From: Trichoplax sp. H2
Taxonomy: Eukaryota
Assembly (NCBI GenBank): GCA_003344405.1
Contig: NOWV01000027.1
Span: 496,001 to 560,000, forward strand
Length of the DNA stretch: 64,000 bases
Direction of reading: 5' to 3'
The translations under genes were made by a program, and so were the position numbers. Shown piece after piece: positions 1 to 11,400 of the stretch. Within the stretch, counting starts at the first letter, position 1. Every line of letters begins with the position of its first letter. The notes under the pieces were generated by a model. That model searched no databases. It saw only the letters and a program-made list of their open reading frames with translations, and was not told where the DNA came from.

Positions 1-55
1 CAGTATAATTTTAAATTAAATCTCTAGTTTAACTAATTCTATACTCTAATTATAG

Positions 56-3000
56 GGCCACTGCGCTTTGGAGATGCCTTCAGGGACTGGTAAAACTATA
101 TCCCTATTATCTTTAATTATAGCATATCAAAAGGTATAAATTGTTTCAGTAAATATACAACAACTTGTTAAGAACTTCTACATCATTATTTTAGCAATTT
201 CTCACGTAACATGACCACAACCTAACTTTCACAGTATGGTAATAATTTAATGAATTACAAATTTATTTAAGGGAATCTCAATTTTGATCACTATAATCTC
301 AGATCGTATTAATGGCGTTCAATTTTTCCTTGATATAGGTTTATCCGTTGCATATCACCAAATTAATATATTGTTCACGTACAGTACCAGAAATTGAGAA
401 GGTAAATCTTGTAATCGTTCTTTCAATCATTTCTTTGACGTGTGAAATTTCAAATGCTTGTACAATTGGACAACTAATTCATTTTGTTGGACATAAAGAA
501 TAACTTTTATTCTTAATATGCTTTCCAGGCGTTGGAAGAAATGAAAATTCTTCTCGAATACTACGAGAAACAAACCGGAGAAAAACAGAAATTTCTTGGA
601 CTAGGTCTTAGTGCTCGTAAGAATCTTTGTATACACCCAGAGGTAGGCTACCACGCTAAAACTGTTGCTTTATGTACTAACTTTAGAGGGAATTAGTAAT
701 TAGTATTTCATTTGCAGATCAGCAAAGAACGTGATGGTAAGGTTGTTGATGGCAGATGTCTTGGTTTAACTGCATCTTATGTACGTAGAAACCATCAACA
801 AGATCGATCAGTAGAAGTTTGCAGCTTTTTTGAGGTATATTATTTCTAATTGCAATCTTCCATGTATTCAGTAAAGAAATTAGGTTAATGATTATATATA
901 ATTGTATGCGATTTATATAACAAAATATTTATCAAATTATGTGGCTTCTCTGATAACATTATAGAAATTTGATACATTTGGTCGAGACTCTGTTTTACCT
1001 CCTGGAGTCTATAACCTGGTAAGATTTCTTAGTTGTATACTTTTCTGCACTAAATCTTATCAAATGGTAATAAATAATCTTTTCTATTCTTCTTAGGATG
1101 ACTTAAAAGACTTTGGTGCAAAACAAGGATGGTGTCCTTATTTTCTTGCTCGGCATTCAGTAAATAGAATATACTCGTATTATAATATGGACGTTTTAAT
1201 CAAATTTAAATTTAATTTATTACGGTATATCGTAGTGTTCGTTATAATTAAAATTTTTTATCTATTGTTCAATCTTAGTAATGATTTGTTAACTACAAGT
1301 ATGTAATAAAGTACTAAAGTGTATTATTTAATAGATCTTGCACGCAAATGTGGTGGTGTATAGCTATTATTACTTGCTAGATCCGAAAATTGCCGATTTA
1401 GTATCTAAGGAAATGTCTAAACAATCTGTAGTGGTCTTCGATGAAGCTCACAACATTGGTATCTGCCTTTGACTTCACAGCAACCAGATAATGCAAAATA
1501 TATCGCTACGTTTAAAACAAATTACAACTTAAATTTCGATCTTTCCGACTTCATCTAGATAACGTTTGCATTGAATCTATGACTGTAAAGATATCTAGAA
1601 AAACCATTGATAGATGCCAAACCGCCTTAGACGTTATGGATAAGAAAGTTAAAAAGTAAAATTTTTACCTTGCAATAACTATGTTCAATAGTTAAAAGTA
1701 TTTATCGACATTAGTGTTTAACCAAATTTTTTATACATCTCTTAACATATTATAAAGGATTAAGGAAACCGATAAAAAGAAACTTCAAGAAGAATACCGA
1801 AGATTAGTTGAAGGTATTTACTTAATACCGGATAAAACCATTGCTTTGTTAATGTACATTAATGATTGTCGTTAATTCAAGGACTTCGAGCTGCAAATGT
1901 ATCAAGAGAAACTGATATGATACTTGCCAATCCCGGTAAAATATTATTATAAATTGATCTCTAGTTACATTATATCAATAAGGTATATAATTCACGATAC
2001 AAACCTATCTATTTGTCATTCTTGGACAGTTCTACCAGATGACATCCTCAAAGGTATTTATACGCCTTCGCAACTTAACACACATAATTACGGCATATCA
2101 GCTAAGATATAAGGGTAAAAGAAAATAGCGAACTTTGTTTTCATCTGTATTGCTCACTATCATAGATGCTGTTCCTGGAAACATTCGTATTGCAGATCAT
2201 TTCGTTTCATTCTTAAAGAGATTTGTTGAATATATTAAGGTACTCTTGTTCCTTCTGTAATTCTGATCTTGATTTTTCTACTATTGAAACTTTTACCGTT
2301 ACTTTAAAAATTTTTCGACTCTATTTAGATAATAATGCATTACTACTTTTAGACGCGATTAAGAGTTCAGCATGTTGTGCAAGAGACTCCAATGTCGTTT
2401 CTTCATCACATTAAGGAGACAGTATGTATTGATAGGAAGCCTTTAAGGTACACTGAGAATACTATTATAACCTTCTCGGATCATCTAACGTTTCTAAGAA
2501 TAATTCTAAAACGTTCTTTAGTATTCACAATATTACCTACGTTTTTATATAACAGATTTTGTTCAGAAAGATTACAATCACTTATGCATACTTTGGAAAT
2601 AATAAACAATAGCGAATTTGCTGCTCTAGCAGCTGCAGCAAGCTTTGCTACGCTTGTTAGTACCTATTCTAAAGGTAAAGAAAGATTGCTGAATGTATCT
2701 ACTGCTTAAATTTAAACGTTTTAAGATTCCTATACTTTGCACTAATTGTTAATCATTTTCTTGTTAGGATTCACTCTCATCATTGAGCCATTTGATGATC
2801 GTGCACCCACAATACCAGATCCAGTTCTACATTTTAGGTAGCCCCGACTAATTGTCAGCTAAGCATCAAGCATACGTTTTAAATTGTGCAGATACTGAGA
2901 TCGTACCCTCTGTTCTAATAATTACAGTTGCATGGATGCATCTATAGCTATAAAGCCGGTATTTGATCGTTTTCAATCCGTAGTTATAACCTCAGGGGTA

Positions 3001-5023
3001 CGTTGATACTGTGATTTTTATTTCTATCGCAATATTTCTATTTTTTCTTTTGCTTGTATTTTCATATCTAACTCTAAGAGATTTAATGTCCCTTGCTGCT
3101 TTATTACTTGCTCTAGACTTTATCACCTTTAGACATGTATCCGAAAATTCTAAATTTTCGCCCTGTATCTATGTCATCATATACGATGACATTGGCGCGT
3201 CCAAGTTTATGCCCATTAGTAATTATCATATTTTCCTTATTTTCTTGATTCTTATCACCTTTCAATAAGTAAACAAGGTGTTTTGACATTCCTGTATTTA
3301 CTAGATTGTTACTAGAGGAAATGATCAAGTTACAATAAGTTCCAAATTCGAATCACGCGAAGATATTGGTAAAGTTTTTATAAGAGGTTGTTTAAAAAGC
3401 AAATGTAACCTAAAACTTTTCGGTTCTTTCGTCAGCTGTCATGAGAAACTATGGTAATCTACTAGCAGAGCTGACCGCTTCTGTACCAGATGGAGTTGTT
3501 TGTTTCTTCCCGAGTTATACCTATATGGTAAATCCATCGTTAATATCGATTTAAACCAAGTTTTTAAGTTGTTCAGCAATCCTTTTTAACAAGTTACCAA
3601 TTGTTATTTCGGAAATATATCAGGAATCAGTCGTAAGCTTTTGGTGTGACCAGGTAATTTATCGCTAGCGATTACTCGTACTTTTTTTCTTCTAGTAGAT
3701 GGAATTCGTTTACTATATCTATCGTTTCTTCTTTCTTTATAATATATACTAAGCGCAATAATTTAATTTTGGGTATATTTTAGGGTATTATGAATAATAT
3801 TATTAGAAACAAGCTCTTATTTATTGAGACACAAGATCTGGCTGAGACTGTCTTGGCTTTAGAAAATTATTATAAGGTTTAAGCTCATAGCATGTTAATC
3901 ACGTAATTTAAAACTTTTTCATTATAGAAATTCGTTGCTTTATTACTACTTAGGCGTGTGAAAATGGTCGAGGTGCAGTATTATTATCTGTAGCACGTGG
4001 CAAAGTTTCGGAAGGAATTGACTTTGGTATGCTGTAAATACAGTTTTCGACCTAAATTCACGATTAACATGAAATATGCTTAAACTATCTGAACATAGAT
4101 CATCATTACGGCCGAGCCGTACTCATGTTTGGTATCCCATATGTGTATACACAAAGTCGTAAATTACGGGTAAAGCGGTATAAGTACAGTATCACAAGTT
4201 CCTCTGCTGCTACTCTAAAACACTCTCTTACTACTCGCAGGCCAGATTAGATTATCTTCGGGAAAATTATCAAATTCGAGAAAATGATTTCTTGACCTTC
4301 GATGCAATGAGACATGCAGCACAGGCAAGTGTGGATCGATAAATGAATATAACTACACCTATATATGGTTTAATTTAAAATGTAATTGATCAACTTTTCT
4401 TAAATAAAAAAGTGTGTTGGTCGAGCAATCCGAGGAAAATCAGATTATGGTATAATGGTATTTGCAGATAAGGTATGCTTACGGACGATTTCTTAGGTTT
4501 TTAAATTAGAATGGACGAACTATTCATTGAGCAGATGACATACTATATTATCTTTTGTTCGAACAGCGCTATTCAAGACTAGATAAAAAGGGAAAACTTC
4601 CAAAGTGGATTCAAGTGCGTAATAGTACAATTAAAAATTGCTTCATGCGCTAATATAATCCTAAATTTTTATATTCTTTTTTTAGGAATATTTAAAGGAT
4701 TCTGTTTGTGATTTAACAACAGATGAAGCTGTACAGGTTGTAATCTTAATGCGTTCCAATTATTAAAGTATATCGTAACTCGATTTTATTGTCGGATTTC
4801 TTTTATTACAGATTTCTAAAAAATTTTTAAGACAAATGGCTGCTCCTTTCAATAAGGTTTGTACTTATATTAAATAGGAAATAATGTAGCATCAATACTA
4901 TAATTATCTGTCGGAATTATAATTTATTTGTAGGAAGATCAACTTGGGCTATCGCTTTTAACCCTTGAACAGTTAGAATCTAGAGAAGGCCAAGAAGCTG
5001 CAAAACTTGCTCAAAGAAGCTGA
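56..5023 (+). CDS. ERCC2: TFIIH helicase XPD (ERCC2), 5' end outside window; about 29 short exons
   Basis: Spliced translation gives Walker [15 protein letters not shown] (exon 56-133), [12 protein letters not shown], the Fe-S cysteines (NLCIHP, GRCLG, VCSFFE, WCPYF), [75 protein letters not shown] and ends ...AAKLAQRS*; stop TGA 5021-5023. Confidence 0.97.
4325..4412 (+). other. Non-canonical GC-AG intron in ERCC2
   Basis: Exon ends GCA GCA CAG (AAQ), intron starts GCAAGT and ends ...AAAG, next exon reads TGT GTT GGT CGA (CVGR); this restores the conserved helicase motif VI AAQCVGRAIR. Confidence 0.88.
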
Positions 5024-5757
5024 ATTCGGTTAAATTTTTAATTTACTACACGGTGTAATGTACTGTAACATAAAAATATAAATATATACCTAGTATATTG
5101 ATTATATTTACTTTCGATCTTTGCTGGAAATTAAATTTACAAAGTTAACTTTATATTGCTAAAGACTATCATGATGATTTATCATTGAAGTGAATTCAGT
5201 CTGTAATACCCGTCCTACTATAATTATAAAAGCAAAAATCTATGCACGTACGTTCTACGTACAGATATCGTGTTAATACCCTGACTTTAGTTATACGAAA
5301 ATAAAGCTACATCACTACTGATTCAAATTTGATGTAATGTTACTTTTTCAATGTTGATTAATTACTGAAGTGCCGGCCGGCATTAATCTAAATACTAAAA
5401 CTCACTCTCTATTTCACATTTAGTAGCTTATAATTAAAATATCATATAAACCGAACAGTAATGGATATTGCCTATAATTGGATATACTTCATTTCGTGCT
5501 ATAGAACAATTACATACTGTAATAATCATAGTTTAGAGATTTTATAGCAATTACAGTATATGCTGCACTGCCAGAATATCACATCATAGATACGAACGTT
5601 ACATGGTGCGCCAGGGTATCACTTAATCTTGACTTTACTTCATCAGGAAAGATCATGTTTTATTACATCACTTCGGATAAATTGTAAATACGCAGATGAA
5701 GACATAATTTTCAACCACCTTTTACATTGGTTAATTACGTTTTACCATATATTTATA

Positions 5758-7871
5758 TCATAGATAAATTAGTCGTAAAGTCTTTTGTCGTGTATAATAC
5801 AAAATATATTCGTTGCGTAAATTATCAATACCAGTTGTAATTCCTTTTATGGTGTCTCCCGTAGCAACTTCTCTGGAGAATTTCTTTTCAACATTATAGA
5901 TTATGATAGTTGTTACATTACCCTGAGCTGTGGTTACACTATGTAACAACAAATTGAACAATTATTAGCCTCTTAGTAATGGTAATTATAAATCGTTATC
6001 TGATCATTATTAGTTATTATTTATAGCAAAAAACATTTATTAAAATTGCATCATAAGCATTACTCACATCAAGAATGTTCCAAAATTTGACCATTGCACA
6101 AACATTCCAGGGAGTCGACTATTTACAACTTTAGATGCCCCAGTATTGAATTCTAACTTTTTCTGTACCCAACAAAACGGCTCTGTACTTTCCTGCAAAA
6201 TTAATTAATTTTCTTAGAACAATAATTGTCCTATTATTGTAAAAGATAATAAGTTTACAAGTAGATTAACTCAATGGCATACCAACTGATATAAATATAC
6301 GTTTTGATCCCAACAACCTACAGCAACCATATTTTGTTCAGGTGAAAACTTGAGACTTGTTATTCTAATACTTTTAAGCTGAGCGTACCAAAAATCTGTA
6401 ATAAAATGAAAGCAAGTAAGACATCCATCTATGACTGCAGCAATTTTTTGTTAGACGATAGAGTGTGTTTACCCTTGCTTGTGTTAAAGGTATCTTGAGT
6501 GCTGTTCCTCCAGATACCAAGATGGCCATCCATGGTGGCCTAATTCAATCAAATTCTATTAACTTCATATAAACTTAAAATGTGGTATAACTATCTAAAT
6601 AAGATCGCAATAGGACTTACGACAGCCAAGTAGTGACCGCCTCTTGAGTATTCTACAACGGCAATGGCTAATCCAGTATGTAAATTTATGACACTTCGCT
6701 ATACCATAAAATGATAATTACAGATTTATAGTGAAACACATACTGCTAGTTATTCTTTCAAATTGTAAATTCAGGAACGTATTTTCTAACACAAGTCGAA
6801 TAGTCTATCAGCTTAACACTTACTGTAACTAATTTATGGTTAGTGAAATTTAAAACATAAATATCGACCCCATTAGACCCTGCAATCGCCATATTATATA
6901 CCTAAATTTATAGGAATATATCCATTTAGTTTCCATTTATGAATAATCGTAAACAGTTCTATTGTGAATGTATACAACAAGTTTAAAGCAGAGTGCATAC
7001 GTCTAACTATAGACAGATTTACCTTATCTAGGCAAGTTATAGCTATACTCTTAGGAACATAACTTAAGTTAATTTCTTCACCGTTGATACAATTTAATAA
7101 TGAAGTAAAGAGGTGAACAGATCGTCCTGCAATACCAATAATCTTTTCATCGGTCGACATGCAGTGACATTCCAATTCTTCATCTTGAACTTGAAGCTTT
7201 CGCTGCAGCTCAATTTCAGGTTTACTTGATGTAACACCATCATCTATGCAATAAGAATTGATTAAATAACTGCACATTTCCACTGACTAGGTTTGTAGCA
7301 ACTTAGCTATGCCAACATCGACACGAATGCCGAAAATGCTCAACAAAAATGGCATGAAGTTTAGCAGTAAGTTTGATAGAATTTAAAACAATTACAGAAT
7401 CAAATACATTCCTGAATTGTAAATGACTATAAATAATCTGCAGTTTACCGTTAATATAATTTATTTACTAAGCTAAGAAAACTTCATGGTACCCTCCAAA
7501 AATGTCTGTTGTGCATTGTACAGTGTACAGTACTGTATAGCTTACTACATAGATTTGATAAGCAGTATACTGTATAGCAAGGCTTTGTATACGTAGACTT
7601 TATAAGCATAAGTACTGTACAGCAAAATATTGTTTGTAAATCAAGAAAATATAACACCAATATCATTCTTACTTCCAGTTGCAGACTCAGTTTTGTTTTG
7701 GTAAAGTTGCAACAATACGACAACATTATTATCAGCTAAACAGCAAATCGCTTCCATATTATTATTCGCTGCTAGGCAGTTTCCTAAACGAGCAATTGGC
7801 GGCTCTAATTTACAGGTAGCATGGCAATCCACCACTCCATAGCATACATTAATATCTTCATTTGCTGCCAT
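5758..7871 (-). CDS. Uncharacterised WD40-like beta-propeller protein, 8 exons, about 350 aa
   Basis: Eight phase-consistent GT-AG-bounded exons (approx 7871-7673, 7243-7023, 6901-6824, 6698-6621, 6539-6473, 6396-6283, 6193-6068, 5938-5758) give an open frame with WD-like blades: AIAVVEYSRGGHYLAVATMDGHLGIWR, ITSLKFSPEQNMVAVGCWDQNVYLYQ, MFVQWSNFGTFL. Orthologue not recognised. Confidence 0.75.
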
Positions 7872-7949
7872 GATATTATCTTGAGCTTTGATATGAAGTA
7901 GGAAATATCATCAGATAGTAAAATGGATCGCTAGCTCCATTTTACCTCC

Positions 7950-8110
7950 GTTGCTGTACTATACTCAACGCTTCCTCATTACAATACTGTACTGTACTAG
8001 TACTACTACTTACAGTACAGTACGTCCTGTATAGTACTGTATACTTCAGTACTTTACACTGTACTGGACAGTATCATTATGAGTTCTGTACAGTACGAGT
8101 ACTGTAGGCT
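7950..8110. repeat. TACAGTA/TACTGTA low-complexity array in divergent promoter
   Basis: Dense runs such as tactgtactgtactagtactactacttacagtacagtac, tactgtatac and ctgtacagtacgagtactgta; a similar patch lies at 7515-7625. Confidence 0.85.
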
Positions 8111-8126
8111 ACAATCCCATACCTTC

Positions 8127-8149
8127 CAACGGTTGCCATTACAACGGTT
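8127..8149. promoter_or_regulatory. RFX X-box-like motif (GTTGCCATTACAAC, 8132-8145) overlapped at each end by a CAACGGTT MYB-type site
   Basis: Sequence caacggttgccattacaacggtt lies between the divergent starts of the WD40 gene (7871) and SDCCAG8-like (8434); it has one mismatch to the X-box consensus GTHNYY-AT-RRNAAC. Confidence 0.5.
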
Positions 8150-8433
8150 AAAATTTCTGGCCTCGTATAAATTTGAAGGCAAATTGGAGTCGAAAATCAT
8201 CACATAATCAGCATTAATATTTTACCGACGTTATATCCCAGTGATAAATTAGTTTTTTCTATCTTTGGACCTTGACGGATAAATAAAGATTATACTGATT
8301 AAAAATTACGCCTCATTCCTAAGCCATTACAATATTCATAAGAGATACGCGTAATTCTACTGAATGTATTGGAGGTGGAATGTTTGGAGTGTCAACCATT
8401 TTTAATACTAAAAATTATTTCCAAGATTAGAAT

Positions 8434-11400
8434 ATGGCTAAATACCAGCAATCAAGTCAGTTTAGGCCTTCACCAGATGGCATCAATAGATCAGCAGGTA
8501 AAATCAAGTTCAGCCATGTATATGATTTCTATTGATACGATACTCAATTAATGAAAGTCAAACAACTTTACATAGCCAACTTTGACTTAAATATCAGTTC
8601 ACTAAAATAATCTTTTTAATTCATTTATTACCGACTCCACAACATTGCATACTGATAATTCCCTAATAGCAGTACTATATTTCTAATTAAGAAGCAATTA
8701 CGGATTCGCATTAAGCAACCACTTTATAAAACATCTCGCTGTATACTCTCTAATTACACCAACATGAAATTCTGATATAAACGTTAAATATTACCTTACA
8801 CTGCTATTTACAAGTATTATAAATTAACTTAATCTGCTTTAGTAGAGACAAAAATACCGACGCTTAGCCCGTCTTGGAAATCTAGCTATGCTGTTACTAA
8901 CTCTGCATCTCCAAGAAATTATGATGGAGACTATAATACGCGAGCTAGTCCCAGCCTTACCAAATATTTTAATGCAGGTACAATCTATTTAAATATGCGG
9001 CGTTTTCTTCTTTAGAACATTAGTATTTATAAAGTAGCTAACATATTCAAACTTTTTTGATGATAGGAGATCAATTAAGAGAAATGTTAGCTCGTTATAA
9101 TCAATATTCAGGTCATTCTCGTAACCCAGCAACACTTACTAAATTAATTGCAAGCTCTGGTCAGGCAAATTCACTTCACAGGCGGAAATTGAAAAGAATC
9201 GGTAGTTGGCCTATTGCGATGGTAAGTTCATCCACACTCTGCAATAATTTAAAGTATTTTACGTACTTCTGTAATTAAGTACCAAGTCAGTGATATTAGC
9301 GTTTAGAAGTTGCTTTCATCAAGTATAAATACTCATTTAAAAGGAGGTTCTTTTTGATAAGATGTACACGTTCACAGTACATGTATTCTTCAAAATTAAG
9401 AACGAGCAATATATGTAAAGTTATAGATTTAATGCTTTCATAAGATGCTTGTTAAGCATTTAATAGCATTGTGGAAGTGTTAATATTTATGATGTTAACT
9501 AAAAAATTTATATTATTCATCATCTCTTAAATCTAAAATATGTGCTTTAAGCAAGTAAAAACGCTGACTGCCTTCACAACAATTATTAAAAGCCCTTTCT
9601 TGATATACAATTTTAAAAGTAGCATAGAATTCAAATAAGAAATTACTTGTAGGTTATATACTTGAGCTAATTTGTATTAGCCTTTTAAATATATTCGTGG
9701 TATTGTACTTAAAGCGTGTGTGAAGTTAAATGTAGTAATAAATAATAACATACTAAAAAAACATCTAGCACTATAATTAAGATGTTAGTATATTTTTAAT
9801 ACCTAGCTTGCATTTAAAATTAACAAAATATTAGAATGAAACAATAGCTGAAGAAGGAATACAACCGCTAAAGCAGTTTGTTAAGGCTTCAGAAGGAGTA
9901 CTAGATAAGGTAAAATAATTTAATCATTATCTTCGGTAAAGAGTGCTTATCTTACATAAATATAGTCAATGATGGATTAATTACGTAAACTATCTATAAT
10001 CGATTACATCGATTTCGCTATTAATAGTATTTATTCTATTACAGGATATTAGTGCAGGTGGCGAAACTTCTGTCGCTGATAAGAGGCTTAAAAGTAAAAA
10101 TGCTGATATTTCCAATTTACATACCGATTCAGCAATTAAGTCCATTAAGGAAGAAATGAATACTATAAAACAGGTAAATTTCCAAGAAATAACTTTCAAT
10201 ATTTTGACAAGTTAATACCAAAGTCAGTCATTTACTGATAATTAATCTCACGATACTTTGTTAGAAATATAAATAAGCATAAAGTATGTTACAATTGTAC
10301 AGTTGTTGTTAAGTTGGTGTATTTAAGCCTCTATCATCCTATCATAAGAAACTAGAAAAAATGCCAGAAGAATCATCAATCTCAGGCACTGTTGACACTA
10401 ACCTGGTACTATACTTTAATTGCTCTACACACATTTATACAACTACAAGATATTTCACGATCTACAATAATTAAAGCTTATGAATTTAACACGAAAATTA
10501 CATCAGTAAAATTTTTTTTGTTGAATTAATTAACCAACTATAATTCTACATAATATTACGATCAGTTTCAAATCCACCAAGAAGCAACTTCTGATCAGTT
10601 TTCCGATTCAATTGTTAATATGAAGTAAGACATTATAAAAAAAAATGATTGCTTATAACAAAACAGCTTCTCTTCTTAACTTTTAAAAATAATATAATAA
10701 ATCTGAAAGGAGCCAAGTTGAAAAATGCTTATCTGAAATCAAGAATATAAGAGAAAAAGTCAAGTCTGTACAAATGATCTTACTTTTGATCATAGCTTGT
10801 ATTATATTTTGTTAAAATTACTATAAGATACCATACGACCATTGTTTCTTTTTAATATATCTGAAATTATATTATCAAGCCATTATACTATAGTTAATAA
10901 TGAATTTAACGTATATTGTTCTTTTCATTTTTTAGTTTGATTAATAAGTCCAGCGATCAAACTCAAGAAGCTCCTAAAGATGTTAGTTGAGTAACATAGG
11001 GCTTAAGGAAATTATTTCTGAAAATTTAGGCATAAAGAATTAGCACTCATGTTCGATTTTTACGTTATTATTAAATAGGTTAAAGTTGGGCATGAACATG
11101 CCGATACAAATATACCGGTACATGTGTTAAATACCTCCAAACCTATAAATCAAGTTATTGTTGACAGATTAACAAGGTTGGTAGAATGCTCATTTATTAT
11201 GTTTGAAATGTATATTTATTACTAACATAATAAACAATTTACTGCTTGCTAGCGAGCGCGACGAAGCATTGCAAACAGCTGTTCGATATCGCAAAATTGT
11301 TGATGAAATGTGCCATAAAGAAGTAGCAATGTATAAACAAATCAAGAACTGTGTAGAAACGATGGAAACAATGCAAATGGAGAAGAAAGAGGTAATGCAT

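Noticed and set aside
5560..5760. UGA stop of the WD40 gene followed by ATGA/TGA motifs (selenocysteine readthrough or SECIS)
   Set aside because: No convincing SECIS stem, and nothing recognisable is encoded beyond the UGA.
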